In this document: positions 22,932-24,367 of the stretch, piece after piece
Numbering within the stretch: the stretch's first letter is position 1
Layout of the letters: each line of letters opens with the position of its first letter
Assembly (NCBI GenBank): GCA_002779045.1
Contig: PEXO01000210.1
Location: 1-24,367 of the forward strand
Length of the DNA: 24,367 bases
From: Elusimicrobia bacterium CG08_land_8_20_14_0_20_59_10
GTDB lineage: Bacteria > Elusimicrobiota > Elusimicrobia > Elusimicrobiales > UBA9959
Reading direction: 5' to 3'
Program-made: the position numbers and the translations under genes
Notes under the pieces: model-generated
Told to the model about the DNA's origin: nothing
Database searches by the model: none
What the model saw: only the letters and a program-made list of their open reading frames with translations

Positions 22932-24203
22932 CTACCTTATTATAAACAGGTAGAGTTCTCCCGGCGCCTTCATGGAGGAGGCCTCCGTTTCGGCGGTCTC
23001 GCCCGAGCCCCAGAACAGGTCTACCCGGCCGGGGCCGCGTATAGCCGAACCTGTATCGTGCGTGGCTATAAAACGCGTAAAATCCCGGAACCCAAGCGAG
23101 TTTCCCTGCGCTACCGGTTTTCTTGACTTCAGCAGGCCGAACAGCCCGTACGGGATGTGTTTGGGATCTATTGCTATGGAGCGCCCCGGGGTGAGGGCTT
23201 TGCCTATTGCGCCGTAGGGCAGGCTGTCCTTGGGGCGGCCCCGGAAGAAGATGTAGCGCGGGTTGAGGTCAGTAAGTCTCTCTTCCCTGTCCTGCGGCTG
23301 GCCGGATAGATAGGCGATGAAGTCTTTGAACGACATGGCCGGGACCTCTCCGCAATCCATCAGCAGTTTCTGCACGCTGCGGTATGGCTGGCCGTTGGCG
23401 CCGTCAAAGCCGGCGCGCAGATAATCCCCGTCGGGAAAACGCAGTACTCCTGAACCTTGTATCTGCAGCAGCATTACCTGCGAAGGGTGCCTGGACCAGA
23501 CTATCTCCAGGCCCATCCCGGCCAGCGCGCCGCCGTGTATTTCCTGCCGGGTATAATAGGGCACCAGTTTCCCCGCTTCATCGTAACGGCCGTAGTCGAA
23601 AGCCGTCCCCGCCGGGGTCTTCACCAAATCTTGCGGCCTCAGGTATACGGCGTATTTATGGTCCGCGTCCGGGGTTCTGGCGACCGGTATTTCCGCTTCG
23701 TAATAGCCTGTTATCACCGTTTTGCCCGTGCCGTCGTCCGCAGAGGCGCGGTATACGCGGAAGCGCTCCTTAAGGGTTTTAAGCAGTTCGCCGGCGGGCA
23801 GGTCGGCCGAAAAAATAGTTATGAGCGCGCTAAGGGTGCGGCGCAGGCGCGGCGCGTCGTAGGAGTCTCCGCCCAACTGTGCCTTGGCGCTGTCCGGCCG
23901 GGCGTTCCAGTATTCCAGATCAGTCTTCAGAACGGCCAGGATGCCGGCCTTGTCCAGGTCATCGGCCGGGAGCGGCAGGATTTCCGCGTTCACTTCCGCC
24001 ACTTCCCTCACTGCCGCCTCGTCCGCATAGCCGTCCATTACGCCCAGGGCGCGGAGTTCAGGACAGGTGTCCAGCGTATCCGCCGGGCGGCCGGCTTCGG
24101 GCACGCGGAATTCCGCCGTCCTGAAAGGGGAGAACCAGGGCGCTTCCCCGGCCAGAGCCGGCCCGGCCACGCAGATAAAGACAAAGGCGAATAACGGCTT
24201 CAT
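22932..24203 (-). CDS. mltA: MltA-family lytic murein transglycosylase (MltA + 3D domains)
   Basis: ITGYYE, LQIQGSG, NGQPY, NPRYIFF, SIAIDP, HDTGSAIRGPGRVDLFWGSG. Start set at ATG 24203 (MKPLFAFVFICVAGPALA signal peptide); 423 aa. Confidence 0.92.
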   Translation of the reverse strand: MKPLFAFVFICVAGPALAGEAPWFSPFRTAEFRVPEAGRPADTLDTCPELRALGVMDGYADEAAVREVAEVNAEILPLPADDLDKAGILAVLKTDLEYWNARPDSAKAQLGGDSYDAPRLRRTLSALITIFSADLPAGELLKTLKERFRVYRASADDGTGKTVITGYYEAEIPVARTPDADHKYAVYLRPQDLVKTPAGTAFDYGRYDEAGKLVPYYTRQEIHGGALAGMGLEIVWSRHPSQVMLLQIQGSGVLRFPDGDYLRAGFDGANGQPYRSVQKLLMDCGEVPAMSFKDFIAYLSGQPQDREERLTDLNPRYIFFRGRPKDSLPYGAIGKALTPGRSIAIDPKHIPYGLFGLLKSRKPVAQGNSLGFRDFTRFIATHDTGSAIRGPGRVDLFWGSGETAETEASSMKAPGELYLFIIR

Positions 24204-24367
24204 GAGTTGTCTTAAGTCAATATACAAAAAAGAACCGTAAAGGGCAACGCAATAGTAGTTAAACGCGCCTATGACGTTGCGTGTATCATATCGGCCAGTG
24301 TTGGAGGGACGGACCGCCCGGGACCTTGGCAAACCCGTTGCAGAAGGGGGGCCCCGCCTTAAGTTCC

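Overview
GC-rich bacterial chromosomal window, mostly housekeeping and anaerobic metabolism; the lineage cannot be established from the sequence (Elusimicrobiota is only my impression). Left to right: a minus-strand GAF-PAS sensor gene that runs off the left edge (absent from the ORF track, and apparently carrying a foreign insertion in its PAS domain); an OmpR/PhoB-family response regulator; recG; an nrdR-nrdD-nrdG-dut operon with tandem NrdR boxes; a secreted 5'-nucleotidase; two small hypothetical proteins; a single-domain receiver; gdhA divergent from a three-gene NuoE/NuoF/(Fe-S + GltD/NfnL) flavoenzyme operon; a His-tailed DMT transporter; a membrane protein of unknown function; rlmB; mltA. 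The most unusual signals are non-coding. (1) 1945-2385 holds two tandem minus-strand units, each with four G(T/C)TCAA hexamers at an exact 11-bp period, 9 nt, a TATACT -10, a variable leader and a conserved 91-92 nt C-rich structured element with a C(UUCG)G hairpin: candidate twin regulator-controlled sRNAs beside the response regulator. (2) 22717-22836 holds a near-consensus promoter, a hairpin starting at the predicted +1 and a terminator: a candidate ~86-nt sRNA. Protein-level highlights are a class III RNR with a CC finger loop fused to a C-terminal CxxC redoxin domain, and a HydABC/NfnABC-like complex with two degenerate Fe-S sites. All calls are by eye; no database searches were run.
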